A DNA stretch of 64,000 nt, taken from contig OZ024746.1 of the NCBI GenBank assembly GCA_964016885.1, positions 44,764,001-44,828,000 of the forward strand. Reading direction: 5' to 3'. The notes under the pieces were generated by a model. That model did no database searches, had not been told where the DNA came from, and worked only from the letters and a program-made list of their open reading frames with translations. Every line of letters begins with the position of its first letter. Position 1 is the stretch's first letter. This document shows, piece after piece, positions 14,481 through 29,334 of this stretch. This DNA comes from Eledone cirrhosa (Eukaryota). The translations under genes and the position numbers were made by a program.

Positions 14481-15690
14481 CTATCCGTTAGGGTATAACG
14501 TGGGGCTGTAATACAGGAAAGTTTTGTGCAATTTATGTTTACAAGCCGAAATTGTCTCAGATTTTTTGTTTAAGATGTGGTCTGTGGCGTAGAGTATTTC
14601 CAGGGCCTCAGCGGCGCAGAGGTCACATGGTCTTTTATTTCCGTTATACGATCTAGCCCTAGCTAGGATCTCCCAGTGTAACTTATATTGGGTGTGGTTG
14701 TCTTTAAGACACCAGATATAAGCTGAAAGTGACGTCATATTCCTTCTTAGAGAGTAACGAAAAGAATGGGTATGCGTGTAAAGATGCTGCTTGAATCTAT
14801 TGGCGGTTAACTCTATGTAGGCCCTACGGGACGTGGGTGTTACAACCTTACATTTGTAGACAATGTTACTAGAGAGGCATTTCCCGGATAGGGGGCAATC
14901 AACCCGATTCCTACAATTAGAGTTAGTACTAACTACAGGGTTGCACGTGTTCCTACGGCTAGGTAGTTTAGCTAAATTTGAAGCTGTGATGTTATGTGCA
15001 AGGTTAGGAGGCGTAGAGTAAGAAATTTTAATAGTATTTCTATTAAAAATGTTACTATATTTATGTGTAGGGGGAAAATGCTTCGTAATAAGGGAAAGAA
15101 AGATCTTAGCTAATGGTGTGGCCACCTCCATATTATATGGTGGGTTATACCAACAAATGCAACGGGATCTATTTCTTCTAGGTCTATTTTCGTACTCAGT
15201 ATATGCTACCTTATCGACAAATCCACTTCGAGCAAGAGCTTCATTGTAATAGTGGAATGGTCGTTGAAAATACGCTCGTTGGTGGAAAGACGGGAAAGCC
15301 TCAACGAAACGTTTCTTACCTGGTTCTTGGTTATGCTGGTAGGATGGTTGGAATGCTTACTTATGTAATTAAGCGTATCATTCGGCTTTCTATACGGGTA
15401 ATACAACCCATTCAATAAATTGAGGGTAACGTCAAGGTAATTAACGACCGAGAGATTGGCCTCAACCTGTATAGAGAGGTTGAAGCCTTTAAAGAAGGCT
15501 GTGAGTTCTTTTCTTAACCCGTCGCAAGCACGAGGTCCGCTCTTAGTCATGGTCGAAAGACCATCGTCACGGTACAAACCACCGCCCGCGTTGAGGAATT
15601 CGTCCTTGATAGAGAAACGAAGGAAAAGGCCGATAAGATCAGTAACCTCCGCAGAATCACTGGCGCCCATGCTCACGTCGAATGGGGTAG
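14481..15690 (-). pseudogene. PLE RT C-terminal half plus GIY-YIG endonuclease, frameshifted near 15250
   Basis: MGASDSAEV..IG, GLYRDDGL, YLDVTLNL, YRKPN, WYNPPY, NIVYKC...AYIELT. One-nt deletion relative to the copy at 46150. Confidence 0.9.
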
Positions 15691-16528
15691 GTTGACTTAC
15701 GTCTCCGAACATTCGTGTATTTACATGTAGGTATGTGTGTGCGGTTGTTATATACGTATTTATTTATTTATATACGTTTATATAATTATTTATGTATTTA
15801 TTTGTATACACGCATACACACACACACATATTTATATGTGCGTGGTTTTGTATACCTATGGTAAGTGTTTTGCGTATGCTTGTGTATGTACGTATTTGTT
15901 TGCGTGTATGTATTTATTTATTCCTATTACTTCTGTATTGTATTTATTTACTTTGTTCTTAACTCTGTAGTTGAGATTCATTCGGTCTCCTATTTAGAAT
16001 TTTAGTCTACGACTTCTGCTATACCATTTACGTGGTTTTGTCTTTGAGTGCTATTGTTCTCCACGCTCCACATATAAAGTATTTTCTTCGTTTCTTTCGT
16101 TCATTGCCAGAGAACGTCTCTATGAACCACCTAAGAGAACATTAGTCTACGACTTCTTTTATACCATAAACGTGGTTCTGTCTTTGCGCGTAATTGTTTT
16201 TCACCGCTCCTATTAATGACGTATCTTATTCGTTTTTCCCGTTTTTTGCCAGCGAACGTTTCCACGAACCAAAGTATCGTCTTCCTGTCTTCCTCCGGTT
16301 GCAACGTCTTTTTGAAAATCCACTTCTGCGTTTACAGATTCACTTTGTTAGTTTCAGAAGATCCCGTTAAGGGTGAGAGCAGCGATTCTTTGCTTAAACT
16401 TTAATCTGTTATTTTAATAAATATTTGCTCTACGGTTCTTATATATTGGATATATATTTATCCTTATCGAGCCCTCTTTGGATTTTAGTCTTGAAATTTA
16501 TTATTACTATATATATATATATATATAT

Positions 16529-16724
16529 AACGAAGGAAATGTGGTAAGGAACCAGGTGGACCATAACGCACCAAAGTACTCAATACTTGGAGTAGTAGAG
16601 TGGGTAATAGTAACCAGTAAGACCCCGACAGCTGAGCTCAAGCCGTTTCGACGGCTAATTCTGGACTCAGTCCAGAATTAGCCGTCGAAACGGCTTGAGC
16701 TCAGCTGTCGGGGTTTTACTGGTT

Positions 16725-16728
<4 letters not shown>
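16529..16728 (-). mobile_element. Fold-back mini-element, family A (3' half of the HHR only)
   Basis: Near-perfect palindrome centred near 16668, homologous to 2601-2727. Confidence 0.85.
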
Positions 16729-16802
<74 letters not shown>

Positions 16803-16845
16803 TATACATATACACATATATATACATATATATACACACACACAC

Positions 16846-16888
<43 letters not shown>

Positions 16889-16889
<1 letters not shown>

Positions 16890-17282
16890 CTTACAATACA
16901 AACACTTTTTGTGTTTATCATATATATTAATATATAACTTGTATTTCACTGCTCAGAAATGCCTCTTTCTTTGAGCTGATTAATTTTAAACGACTATGAG
17001 TTTTATCTCTAAATATAATATAGTATATTGCTCCTTAACTGTAGAGCTGATCTTTAATCCCGTATAAACTTTTCTTTATTGACTTATATCGAGACAGACA
17101 AATTGTATTCACTTTAATTAGTTTATTTCATGCTAGCTAACTTTGTCTCTTACAATACAAACACGTTTTGTGTTTATCATATATATTAATATATAACTTG
17201 TATTTCACTGCTCAGAAATGCCTCTTTCTTTGAGCTGATTAATTGTAAACGACTATGAGTTTAATCTCTAAATATAATATAG

Positions 17283-17286
<4 letters not shown>
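16889..17286. repeat. About 1.5 copies of a 258-bp tandem unit between (TA)n tracts
   Basis: tcttacaatacaaacac...aaatataatatagtat occurs at 16889 and 17147. Confidence 0.9.
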
Positions 17287-17323
<37 letters not shown>

Positions 17324-18029
17324 ATCAATATATATATATATATACATACTTGTATGTGGTATAATTCTTATGAGAAATTATTTATATTTCCTAGTTCTTC
17401 ACTGAAAATATATCAACATTTGTGTGTCAGGTAATTATCCCATACTTATATGTTAATACGTGGAATTACACTTCTCCCGTTTTGTGTTAGATTTCTTAAA
17501 GTTCAATAATGTGTAAATACTATGATTAACATGATACAAAATATACCACACCGTAACTTGTAACATAAGCTAGAATATATGCATTTACTTCTCTATAATT
17601 ACCATATCCCTGAATGGATACTAAAAATTACTGTAAATTACCGTAACATTATGAAGGCATTAACAGAAAGCTTCAGTTGCTTGCCGTTTGCAGATGTAAA
17701 CAATCTCGTGTAGGAAGGGGGATATCTCCATATTTTTACATTGCGCTTGTGGTAATATACAATAATTATGAAATGTGAATTGATTTCACAAAACTAGTCA
17801 GATGAGTTGATTGATATAAGTAGTGTAAATACTTACAAATTCTCTGTGCCGTTATTTATGGTTGTTGATTCTTAATAAGATGTGTGTTTTTATTCGTTTG
17901 GAGATCATTTGTGCTGTAACTAATGATGTGGTATTTTGGAATCTAGCGTGAATTTCACACCTCCAATGTTGTATCAATAGAATAGTCGACCCAGAAATTT
18001 GACCTTGAAATATAATTCGACATTTACAC

Positions 18030-18790
18030 ACGATGCGACTAAATAGTTTCGAGTCTCACACAGAAAGCAAATAAGTATGCAAATGAAATTTTGTCTGTAA
18101 AAACTGCGACCTGTTCCGAGAGTGCTAGGCAAGTGCCATATTCTGAAGACTTTTTTTTATTTCTTTTCGCGGATTTTAAAATTTGATGTATGTACTCAGG
18201 CGTTTAATGAAAAATGGAAAAACTCGAGTATCAAGCAGTGATCAAATATCTACAGTTGAAAGGCATTACCCGAGCTGAGGAGGTGCAATACACAAAGGTC
18301 AAGGTTACCATTTTCAAGGATGCTCAAGGTGTGTTTTTGGTAGATTATCTCCAAAAGGGCCACATCACCGCAGGACAATACTATGTCAACCTGCTTAAAC
18401 GTCTGCATGAGGACATCAAGAAGAAGCGGCCAGTATTGCTAAAGAAAGAGGTTTTGTCCAATCATGACAATGGTCCTTCTGACACCGCGGTGGTGACAAT
18501 GGCAACAATCCATTAATGTGGGATCTAATTCATCCCCCTTCTGCCATATACGCCAGACCATGCACCCTCCGATTTCTGACTGTTTCCAAACATGAAACTA
18601 AATATGGCCGGACAACAGTATGCCACAAATTGTGGGCACTTACCTGGAATACCAAACTAAGGAGTTCTACTACAGCGGGATCCAAGCACTTAAGCATCGG
18701 TGGCAGAAATGTGTAGACTCAAAGAGGGACAATGTTGAAAAATAAAAAAAGAAATATTTGTATATGCTATAATTTTCAGTCGCCTCTCGT
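18030..18790 (+). mobile_element. Internally deleted mariner DNA transposon relic
   Basis: MEKLEYQAVIKYLQLKG is joined directly to KVKVTIFKDAQGVFLVDYLQKG...KKRP...HDNGPS, typical mariner transposase motifs. Frameshifted. Boundaries are approximate. Confidence 0.85.
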
Positions 18791-18961
18791 ATATATATAT
18801 AGTGCTCAACGGAATCCAATATGATGAAAGCCTACTAGAAAATCCAAGAACTCTTATCATGTGATCCCGTTGGAATTATTAATTCAGGTGTGCATGCAGT
18901 TTCTAATGTTTTTGCCTCTACCATAGACAACTAGATACTAGTGTATACACACACACACACA

Positions 18962-19340
<379 letters not shown>

Positions 19341-19341
<1 letters not shown>

Positions 19342-19506
19342 GTTATTCCGGGTTGAATCGGAGGTAACCACAGTAAGTAAGGTACTCAATACATAGCAGA
19401 GTATAACAGTTTTAATATAGATGAGATTCTACAGGACTAGAACTGTTTCATTCATTAGAAATCATCAGGAATCCCTATATATATATATATATATATAGTA
19501 TAGAAT

Positions 19507-19510
<4 letters not shown>
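19341..19510 (-). mobile_element. Mini-element, family B, in (TA)n
   Basis: Homologous to 51813-51941 in reverse orientation. Confidence 0.75.
19423..19475 (-). ncRNA. Minimal type I hammerhead ribozyme, canonical core
   Basis: GGGAUUC-CUGAUGA-uUUCuaauGAAu-GAAA-CAG-uucuaguc-CUG-UA-GAAUCUC; GUA site. Confidence 0.8.
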
Positions 19511-19559
<49 letters not shown>

Positions 19560-19562
<3 letters not shown>

Positions 19563-19633
19563 ATAATAATAAATTGAAGACTGGGTGAAAGCAGCGATTT
19601 TTTGCTTAAACTTTAATCTGTTATTTTAATAAA
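19560..19633. mobile_element. Second ultra-short inverted Penelope remnant
   Basis: Element terminus fused to gggtgaaagcagcgatt..ttgcttaaactttaatctgttattttaataaat. Confidence 0.8.
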
Positions 19634-19652
19634 TATATATATATATATATAT

Positions 19653-20128
19653 TAGGGTAAACATTGATGCAATTCAATTCAAGCACTCAACGTACTTTTT
19701 CCACATAGGAGTGACGGAGTAAATATCGAATAAAGAAAAGCGAAGTAGTTTCAGATGTTCAAGTCCTTTAATAATAATGCTGTGATATATATTTCAATGA
19801 CGACACTGGCCACACTGTTCTGTGTGCGAGTGTCGTGACATCATCAGACAGCTTGTTACATAATAAGGTTGTTTCTTGCGCAGACCGGTGGGGGTGAATT
19901 GGTACTCACAAGGGAACGGATGAAAAGCCCAAAAGCACGAACTTCATCCGTTCCCATGTCGATTCAATTTGGATTGCCTCGGAAACAACCTTATTATGTA
20001 ACAAGCTGTCTGATGATGTCACAAAACTCGCACACAGAACATTGTGGCCAGTGTCGTCATTGAAATATATATCACAGCATTATTAAAGGACTTGAAATTC
20101 TGAAACTACTTCGCTTTTCTTTATTCTA
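19653..20128 (-). mobile_element. Fold-back mini-element, family C, in (TA)n
   Basis: Arms ~19727-19875 and 19982-20127, a ~105-nt spacer with its own hairpin (gggaacggatgaa/ttcatccgttccc), and a ~75-nt tail. Confidence 0.85.
19779..19852 (-). ncRNA. Type I hammerhead ribozyme (mirror copy 20005-20078, + strand)
   Basis: GCUGU-CUGAUGA; stem II ACGACACU/AGUGUCGU with CACAC/GUGUG; GAAA; palindromic AUAUAUAU; AUC site; ACAGC. Confidence 0.82.
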
Positions 20129-20329
20129 TATATATATATATATACATCTATATATGTATTGAAACAAATATATGTTTATACATATATATGAGAGAGAGAG
20201 AGAGAGAGGGGAAGGGGGCGATAGAGGCAAAGTCGGAGATTTGCGTTTCCAAACAAAGAGCTCAAGAGATGTGAATAAATTATATGGCTTTATTGTGCAA
20301 CTGATGCTACCGTATACTATGATGTAAAC

Positions 20330-20760
20330 ATGATGGCAAAGTGGTCATTGTATATTGATACGTTTATTTATATATAAACAACCTGGATATATATATAAAC
20401 AACCACATGCTTGATTATGTTGTTAGTCGTAGGCGTTGTGCTCGTTATGTGTGCAGTGTCAGGGTTAAGCGGGGAGCTGAATTTTGGACTGATCATCGCC
20501 TGGTTCGTGCTATGAAAGCAAAGGTTACGATATGTAGCCTGAAAGAAAATCACGTGGCTCGTCTAAAAGATGATGCCATTGAAGAAGAGCTGGTGAAGAG
20601 AATGGATGGCATTCAATGGGATGAATCATGGGAAGAGTTCAAAGATCTCTGTATGAGGTATATGAGGATGGTCTGGGTTTAGTCGAAAGAAAACAACAAG
20701 ACTATTTTGATGAGAAGACAAAGGGTGTTCATATGCTTTTAAATGAAAGGACTAAATACA
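20330..20760 (+). pseudogene. Degenerate RTE apurinic-endonuclease fragment
   Basis: HMLDYVVSRRR...RVKRGAEFWTDHRLVRA matches the RTE endonuclease C-terminal motif (IDY..TDHRL). Confidence 0.7.
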
Positions 20761-20802
20761 CACAAACACACATACGCATATATATATATATATATATATA
20801 TA

Positions 20803-21597
20803 TAAACGGAAAAAATGAAACGAAATTTCATTTCTCACTCTTAGTACGGCTGATACTTAAATATAAGTATGTATACGTACATACATATATGTATACAGAC
20901 GTACAGTAGTATGTATATATATATATATACATGCACACATATATATATGTACGTATGGATTCACCGAATATTTATTATAATGCTCGGTGTGTTTGTAAAC
21001 AAACATCCCGAATTAAGCCGTACAGTGTCTAGCAACCATCGTTGCTCATTTGTTCAACACTGACAAAGGAACGCTGTACTAGTTTCAAGCTTATTAGCTA
21101 TCGTGAGCAACGTATACCTTCCTGCCAGCAACGTATACCTTCAACCATACCTTCAACCATTCTAAAATAGAATAAAATTAATAAGTCAAATGTTTAAAAT
21201 TTGGCTTCGTTTATTACTGCTATATATATTTCGGTGACAGCCATCTTTGGCTGTGACCTCTTCAGGCAGTCTGAATTAGTGTGGTAGAGACGAGTACACA
21301 TGTTGTTGAGGTGTTTAACTTTGTCAATACCCTGATATGCCCAGTTCCTGGTTGGGTTGTTGTTTCATTGAGGAACTGGAACCACACTAATTCGTAATGC
21401 CTTACGAGGTCACAGCCGAAGATGGCTGTCACCGAAATATATATAGCAGTAATAAACGAAGCCAAATTTTAAACAGTAGGCTTTATTTTATTTTACTTTG
21501 CATTACTCCGGAGTAACCAAATCAACCTGCGCACTTCGTCGAGTGCTCCAATCTGCATTCTGAGGTGTTAGTATACAACCAACATTTACTCAAAATT
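20803..21597. mobile_element. Element or composite with fold-back segment, family D, in (TA)n
   Basis: Arms 21191-21260 and 21406-21475. Segment 20803-20893 matches 88-177 in reverse orientation. Confidence 0.7.
21216..21270 (-). ncRNA. Type I hammerhead ribozyme, canonical core (degenerate mirror copy 21396-21450, core CUUACGA)
   Basis: ACUGC-CUGAAGA-GGUcACAGCC-aaagau-GGCUGUcACC-GAAA-UAUAU-AUA-GCAGU. Confidence 0.87.
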
Positions 21598-21790
21598 TAT
21601 ATATATATATATATACATACTATTACGAAAGAATTATGTAATTGTTTTGTCTGAATAATGAGCTAGATGTTTCTGCAAGAATCAGCTATTTTCACGAAAC
21701 CTTCGGTAATGAAATAATTATAGTGTTGTTAATTATGTAATTAAATATCTCATAGAGCACTCTACTTTCCTTTACCTTTTCTACGGAAAT

Positions 21791-21855
<65 letters not shown>

Positions 21856-23593
21856 CATATATATACATCTGTGTGTGTATGCGTATATGTGTGTGTGTAT
21901 TTGTATATATATATACATACATACTAACTTGCATACATATATGTATATATATACTTTGCCAAATCACTAGTCTATAGTAATAATAAGTATAATAGAATAT
22001 GCTCCAATAAAATATAAAGAATAAAAATCTAACATCAAAGTCTGAAGATTAACATATATAAATATTAATAGAAATATTCCAACATCAGATGGAGCAGTTA
22101 TAAACAAATTCACTATACAATTGTAGCACTATTATAAAATCTGTTTTAAGCTATGACTATATTCTGGTAGAAAACGGGTCACAGCTGACGGATACCGATA
22201 CGTCCACCAGATACGCTGGTTAGTTGCGATATAAGAAGGTAGCTACCGGACGAATAAGCAAAACCGGACTAGCAGCGGTAAACTACTATGGGAGATGAAG
22301 CAGTGTTGAAGCCGTTGTAATTGTCTTGTGATAAATGTGTTAGAAATAACCCCCTCTACATTTCAAATTTCTCTTCCTATCTTCAAAACAAACCCTTGCT
22401 TCGTTCTTGTTATATATGCGGATGGCCATGTTGCACCATATAATTCTCACTTTATGTTTATGTTTATTCCACGTTACTCATTCGTCGGTCAAAGTTTTTT
22501 GTCACCCATTCTGTGAACTTCTCAACAACTATCTGCTTTGTGTCCTTTCTGTTTCCTGGTTTTAAACTTCTACTACATCATGTCTTTATTTGTTTTGTGT
22601 TGCGTGTTTCGTGTCTGCGCATGTGTTTGCGCCTGCGTCTCTGTGTGTGCGATGTGTATGTGTGTTTAATGAGTGTGTAAAAAGGATATCTTATATGTAT
22701 AATCAATGACATGCTCCCAGTTAAATACCACATTTTATATCTGTCAAACCAATATAATAGAAGCGAATAGAGTTAAATCTGCTTAAAGCTTATGGGGTGA
22801 AACCTACGTACAAGAATTCTCTTATAACAGAACATATACGCCATTACATATACTTTATGTTCGTGCAAATGTTTCATTGCATCCTATTAAATAGAATGAC
22901 ACTTACAAATAATTGAATAAGAAAATATATCAGTTTGATTACTTTCATTAGAAAGTTGACACTTAATTTAAATGAACGTTAGTTTTGAAATATCAATACA
23001 GTTCATACACCCTAAATCCAACACATTCGAAATTTAATAATATAATATACGAGGAGCCAATATGTATATGCACTTTTCCTCAAGTTCATGAATTAATATT
23101 TGAATTAATATCATTATTGCGAGGTGTTCTGGTAGAGATAATACCGAGATATCCAGCAACAGCGTTACTAGAGATGGACGGGTACATTGGTTCTCACCTG
23201 GCTCTCACTGTTGACTACGGAAACTTTTTCAGACACACCCCTGAAACTGCTTCTGCTGGAAGGTTAAAACTTAGTGGGCAATACTTGGAGAAGAGATCGA
23301 TATCGCCAAGCAGTATCAGACCCATTGAAATGCCATGATAAACAAACAGTCATCTGTTTTGTGCCTTTTCAGCAAGTATCTGCAATACCACAGAATATTG
23401 ACATCATACAAGTCTATACACCAGTATTCAATTATGAGGATGATGCTATTCCTATAGAAAAGAGGAAAGTTCCTATAAAAGGTCATTCATTTGAAATCAA
23501 GTTGTAGAACGGGCATGAATTTGACAAGGGTAGGAAAACTTTTGTAAGTTTAAGAGGTCGTTAAAGGAAATGCTCATTAAGTGATGACTGGCG

Positions 23594-23726
<133 letters not shown>

Positions 23727-23799
23727 AACTTTTGTAAGTTTAAGAGGTCGTTAAAGGAAATGCTCATTAAGTGATGACTGGCGATATATATATATACAT

Positions 23800-23903
<104 letters not shown>

Positions 23904-23981
23904 ATATATATATATCGCCAGTCATCACTTAATGAGTATTTCTTTTAACGACCTCTTAAACTTACAAAAGTTTATATATAT

Positions 23982-24039
<58 letters not shown>

Positions 24040-24921
24040 CTCGGTAGGTTCGTTGGAACATCGAATAATGTCTTGTGTCTGTTGTCTGGCGTGTAGTATT
24101 CTGACTATAGATTTTACCAAACTCATATTTTCGTGTGTCCATTTGGATCAGAAAATAAAAGCACAATGAACACATTAATGTCCTTTTTTCATAATACTTG
24201 CATCTTGCATCTTTTTTAAAATAAAATTATTTGGGAACTTCTGCCATTGTTGTAAAGGAATATGTCGATTTATTCAAAATGATATCAAAATGACACTTAA
24301 TTCTAGTTATGAAACAATTTTGGGGTAGTCACAAATACATTTTCCATGATACAAGACGATTGCTTCTACAGAAATCAAAGACCGAAATACGTAATTGGAT
24401 GTATTAAAATAAAACTATGCTTGTACACAATTCCTCTTACTAGCATAGTCAGTAATATTTATACCATTTTGAACTTGGTATTTCTGTTTTAATTTTATCA
24501 GAAGGGAAACTGCAATGCCTAATGCATTTTTAGCACATCATAGATTTGTGGGCGCAAACCATAAAGAATCATCATCGCGATGCATGGCATTTATAAAATG
24601 TTGACATCAACACTAAAACAATAAGGAGAGATGGATAGCAGAAAGTCTCAAGAGCAAATGGCCTCCATCATGCAAGTGAGTTCATATTCAACAAACAAAG
24701 CAGTAAAATGTTATAAATGTTAGCCTGATTTGGTAACCTTTATCACTTTTATGATTAAGTTAAGATCTGGCGAAGTTTTGATTTAGCCTTTCAAATCGCC
24801 GCTGTGAGTAAGTATTAAGCATATGTAAATGATGACTGAACAAGCAATGACCATATTAAATATGTGAGCGCATTTTTGTATATAATAAGATATGTAGAGA
24901 TATGTATCTATGTGCAAATTA

Positions 24922-25003
<82 letters not shown>

Positions 25004-27029
25004 GTGTGTGTGTATGTATATCTGGGTGAGTGTGTGTGTGCGTGTTAGTGTAGATGCTCATGTGTATGCATCATTTGCACATAGATACATATCTCTACAT
25101 ATCTTATTATATACAAAAATGCGCTCACATATTTAATATGGTCATTGCCGGTTCAGTCATCATTTGCATATGCTTAATACATATATATATGTATATGTGT
25201 GTGTATTTGTGTGTGAGTGTGTATGTGTGTGTGTGTGCATATGTGTGTGTGTGTGTGTGTGTTTGTGTGTAAGTGTGTGTATGCGTGTGCATCTGTGTGT
25301 GTTTGTGTGCATATGTGTGTGTGTGTGCGTGTGCATCTGTGTGTGTGTGTGTGGTGAACCTGTCATATCAGCTATCCAAGATGTGTGAATAGCAATAAAG
25401 TTATATCTTTTGTAACACAGAAAATATTGCCTTTAATTTCATTCATGTTTGATTAATTAGTCACGCAATTTAGAAACTGACGTATTTTTATTAGAAACAC
25501 CAACAGAAAGTTGTATAATCTATATAAAATAATTACATTTAAAATTTCCCGAGACTTTGACGAAAGTAACAAAATTAAGAAACTAATTCTCTATAGGTAG
25601 ACATTAATGTACACATAACAATTGAATAGTTCATTATATCAGCTACATTTTAATGTTTAAGATTTAACAATGAAAACCAGGAAATGTTTTAAGTGTGAAC
25701 TATATACAAAAGCTGATACGATTGAAGGTATGGAATTTATGACACCCCAAAAACAGTCAGTGGCGTAAACAAAACGGAAATAGCATCGACTGCAGAGCAC
25801 TTTGCAGTTCCAGGTTTCAAGGAGCGTCCCTTTTAGTTCAAAAAGGAAATATACTCGTGTAATTATATATGGTGACGCAGTTCACCAAGAGATCAAATTC
25901 GAGAGAACTGAGTTTCTGATAGATTTTTGTTGTCAGATGAGGAGAGTTTATTTCACAACTGCAATAAATGTTTGCAATAAATGTTGCAATAAATGTTTGC
26001 AATAAATTATTGAAGGGCACACGTTCGATTTATTTCCACCCAAAATGTGTGAACAATTATCTGTAGTGATAGGAATTGCTATATCGGACATCTTACCATA
26101 ATTACGAAATAATGGCATATAAGAGGTGATAAAAACATACCAGATCTCGATATGCCAATCGGTAATGACACGGAGACCAAGGTTACATGAAAAGATATTG
26201 GTTTCAAAAACAATCAGAAAACGTAGCATCTCTCTCAATATATGATAATGCGTCTTTAAAGAAATCAAGACTAATATAAATTTAAGTATCCTGATATATG
26301 ACAATTCGAATAGTTGGAATATAAACATAAATAATTCATATAACAGTGGATGCTTAAATGATGAATAATGTGAAGAAAAATACATTATACAAACTTCAGA
26401 ATAAATACGTATAGATATTAAACATATATATTACATCAGATTACACAGAATAAGAGCAGCTATATACTTCAAAACAATCCGGATATTGTCATTGCTGATA
26501 GAAAGAGGAAACTGGACCTAAAAATTAAGGCAGCGTGTCTATTTGCTAAAAGAGTAAAAGAGAAATTAGATATCATACTGACTTCAATTTCCAGAGCAAA
26601 GTAATGGTATACATAGGCATAATCTCTTTAGATATAAATGGCCAGGGGGACCATGTCAGCTGCACTTTTCACTGCTACTAAAAAACAAGACGTAGCCGCT
26701 CCTTGGACAGTCAGAAACGAACGGCACAAAGGCACACTGAGTAAGATATGATAAAAGTGGAGTGGTGATTCTACTTCTGTGGTAGTATATTTTATATTTG
26801 TGTGTGGGTACATTTTGTTTTAGATTAGCAGTACGTTTTACACATAATCCTTTATATTGTACACGAACATACCCACATATTTCGTAGTCTCTTATATGAC
26901 ACGTTATGAATTATATGGTAGATCCTTTTGGGCACTAATGTAAGCATTATCATAGGTGGGTGTGAGTATCTATAATGACATGGATAAATTAGCTCATACA
27001 TATGTGACTGAGGCTGACGGCAAAAACTG

Positions 27030-27800
27030 AGAAATTTCGTTTGCACAATGACCTCAGGTCACTGGCTATAGATGTGGGAGCCGTCAGTGAAACCAGGATT
27101 TCCACTCCCCGTGCATTAGCCCTGACATTTTTACGACTTTGTTGTCTGTTATTTGCCCGGGAGTTTGAAGCGGAGTTACATTGTTATTTTGGAAAGGCCT
27201 GGAACTAATCGGAGTACTGACAAATCTCCTGGAGTAAACCGACCAATCTTTTCCAGAGGACATTTGACACTGGCACTATGGGCAATTTTCAGAAAACTCT
27301 ACACGCATAGAAATGCTGTCAGACGGATCGTTCCAATCTGTGAGCAGAGCAATGAAAATATTCTGCGCACACACTCCTCCAGTCTCCGAGCTTTGCCAAC
27401 TTATGGAGGTTTGTTAAACAGCTATTGTTGTAAATTGAAGTGATCCGGCTACCACACCACTCAATCGAGAACATCATCCCGCCGCCTTCTTTTGGCAGTT
27501 CACTTTTGTTAAGAGGTTACTGCGAAAGAAGCTGTGTGATCAACGAGACTGAAAGGGCTATGACCAACACATTCCTCTTCAGCCAAGCTCTTATTATTGT
27601 TTTCGAAAAGGGAGTTGAGGATGGCCCCCCAGTATTTAAGAATAGGTGAAAGTAGCGAGAAAGCCCCGACTGAATAGAAGTAAACTAATCATGTGGATGT
27701 AGGCTGGAACGTTCAGAGGGAAGAAGGGCACATTTTTGTGGTCCTCAATGTGATCGGGATGGTTTCCCTTGGATTAGGCTCCCTCTGTTAGTGAATGTTG
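27030..27800 (+). pseudogene. Old, deleted Tx1-like ORF2 relic
   Basis: LHNDLRSLAIDVGAVSETRIS resembles LLNDLRSQRIDVMVICEARIS at ~38200. The downstream part resembles the ORF2 C-terminus. Confidence 0.55.
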
Positions 27801-27894
27801 TTATTTTCAATTTCCATTGAATTGTGTATCTTCTTTCTTTACACGTTTCTTATGTAAATCCCTACTGTCCTTGTTTATAGTATTGTCCCCAATA

Positions 27895-28097
<203 letters not shown>

Positions 28098-28959
28098 ATT
28101 TTGTTGTTATTTTGGCTATTATAGTTTCGTTTGCAGACATTGGCTATTGGCTTTGTCAGAAACTGATAGTAAATTCAGTAAATTTTCCGATGTAGACGGA
28201 ATGGAGGTGTGGTATTAGTGCTATATCCCGTTTTGATAGCATTAACATTACAATGTAACGAAATGACTCTGTAGGCCTGATCAATATTGCAGTCGCAGTA
28301 GTTATGTGACTATATTGCCAGTATATAATGTAATCTTGGTATAAGATTTAGAGTTGCAACAGCAGCAAAACCGAAATAGATTTGCAGTAGTGTAACGGGA
28401 ATAATTTGTATTATTCATGTATAGTGGATAGTTACATACGCACACAATTACATTAATGCTCTCATAAACACGCACATACATATAAAATATGTGTGTGAAT
28501 TCATATGCATTTAAGACAACATTAATGTAGATATAACTAGCACTTTATATTACAATCCTTTGCTGTGAAGAATATGTGTACCCACTTTCAATGTTTTCTC
28601 TATAGAGAAAAAAAAAACGTAAGGGGTTGCCTTTCTGTATTTCGAAGATGTATCGTTTCCTCGGCAGACGCTTACTATTATTATCATTCTGTATAAAGAG
28701 GAATATTGTAATGTGTCAAGCAGGTTATAGGATACAGCTGAAATGATCAACCTAATGTTCGGGGCGTGCATAACATTTAGCAGCGTGATTCATTGTACAA
28801 TAATATATATTTATACAAAAATCAAACATATATTTAAAAATATAAACTAAATGCAATGCAGATGTAACCACAAGCTTTGAATTGGAATCTTTCCATGGGA
28901 AAGAAATGAAATGAAAACATTTCCTAACATTCCACTGTATATCAAAAAACGTAGATTAA

Positions 28960-29331
28960 TTCCCGACATTCGGAGCTTTTTATTTCCTCGTCAGAAGATC
29001 ACTACCCCTAATATTTGTTTGTAGGTCGATTTTGCTTGGCCGCAGCCAAAGCTTCGATTTTACTAAGCTTCCACTTAGGAATAGATAATTTTCCGAAAGT
29101 TACAATTCTGGTGCTCCCACCCCCTACTCCTGTTTCAATCAACAGAGAAACGGGGTTTGCGAAATTCCAGCTCAATCGGATAATTGTTAGGCGTCCCTCA
29201 AACACCTTGAAGTTGGAACATAGTATACGCAACGATTAATTCTGTTCAAAAGAGGTATACTGTTCCCTATCTCGACCATTTTCTTTTTTCTTCTTAGAGA
29301 AATTTGTGGACACATCCAGGCAGCCCCCAGC
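28960..29331 (-). mobile_element. Degenerate PLE 3' fragment with a broken HHR
   Basis: CPQI...NRCVYYVPTSRC resembles the PLE linker/GIY region. CUGACGA-GGA..UCC-GAA-u-GUC-GGGA at ~28960-29000 lacks stem III. Confidence 0.4.
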
Positions 29332-29334
29332 AAA

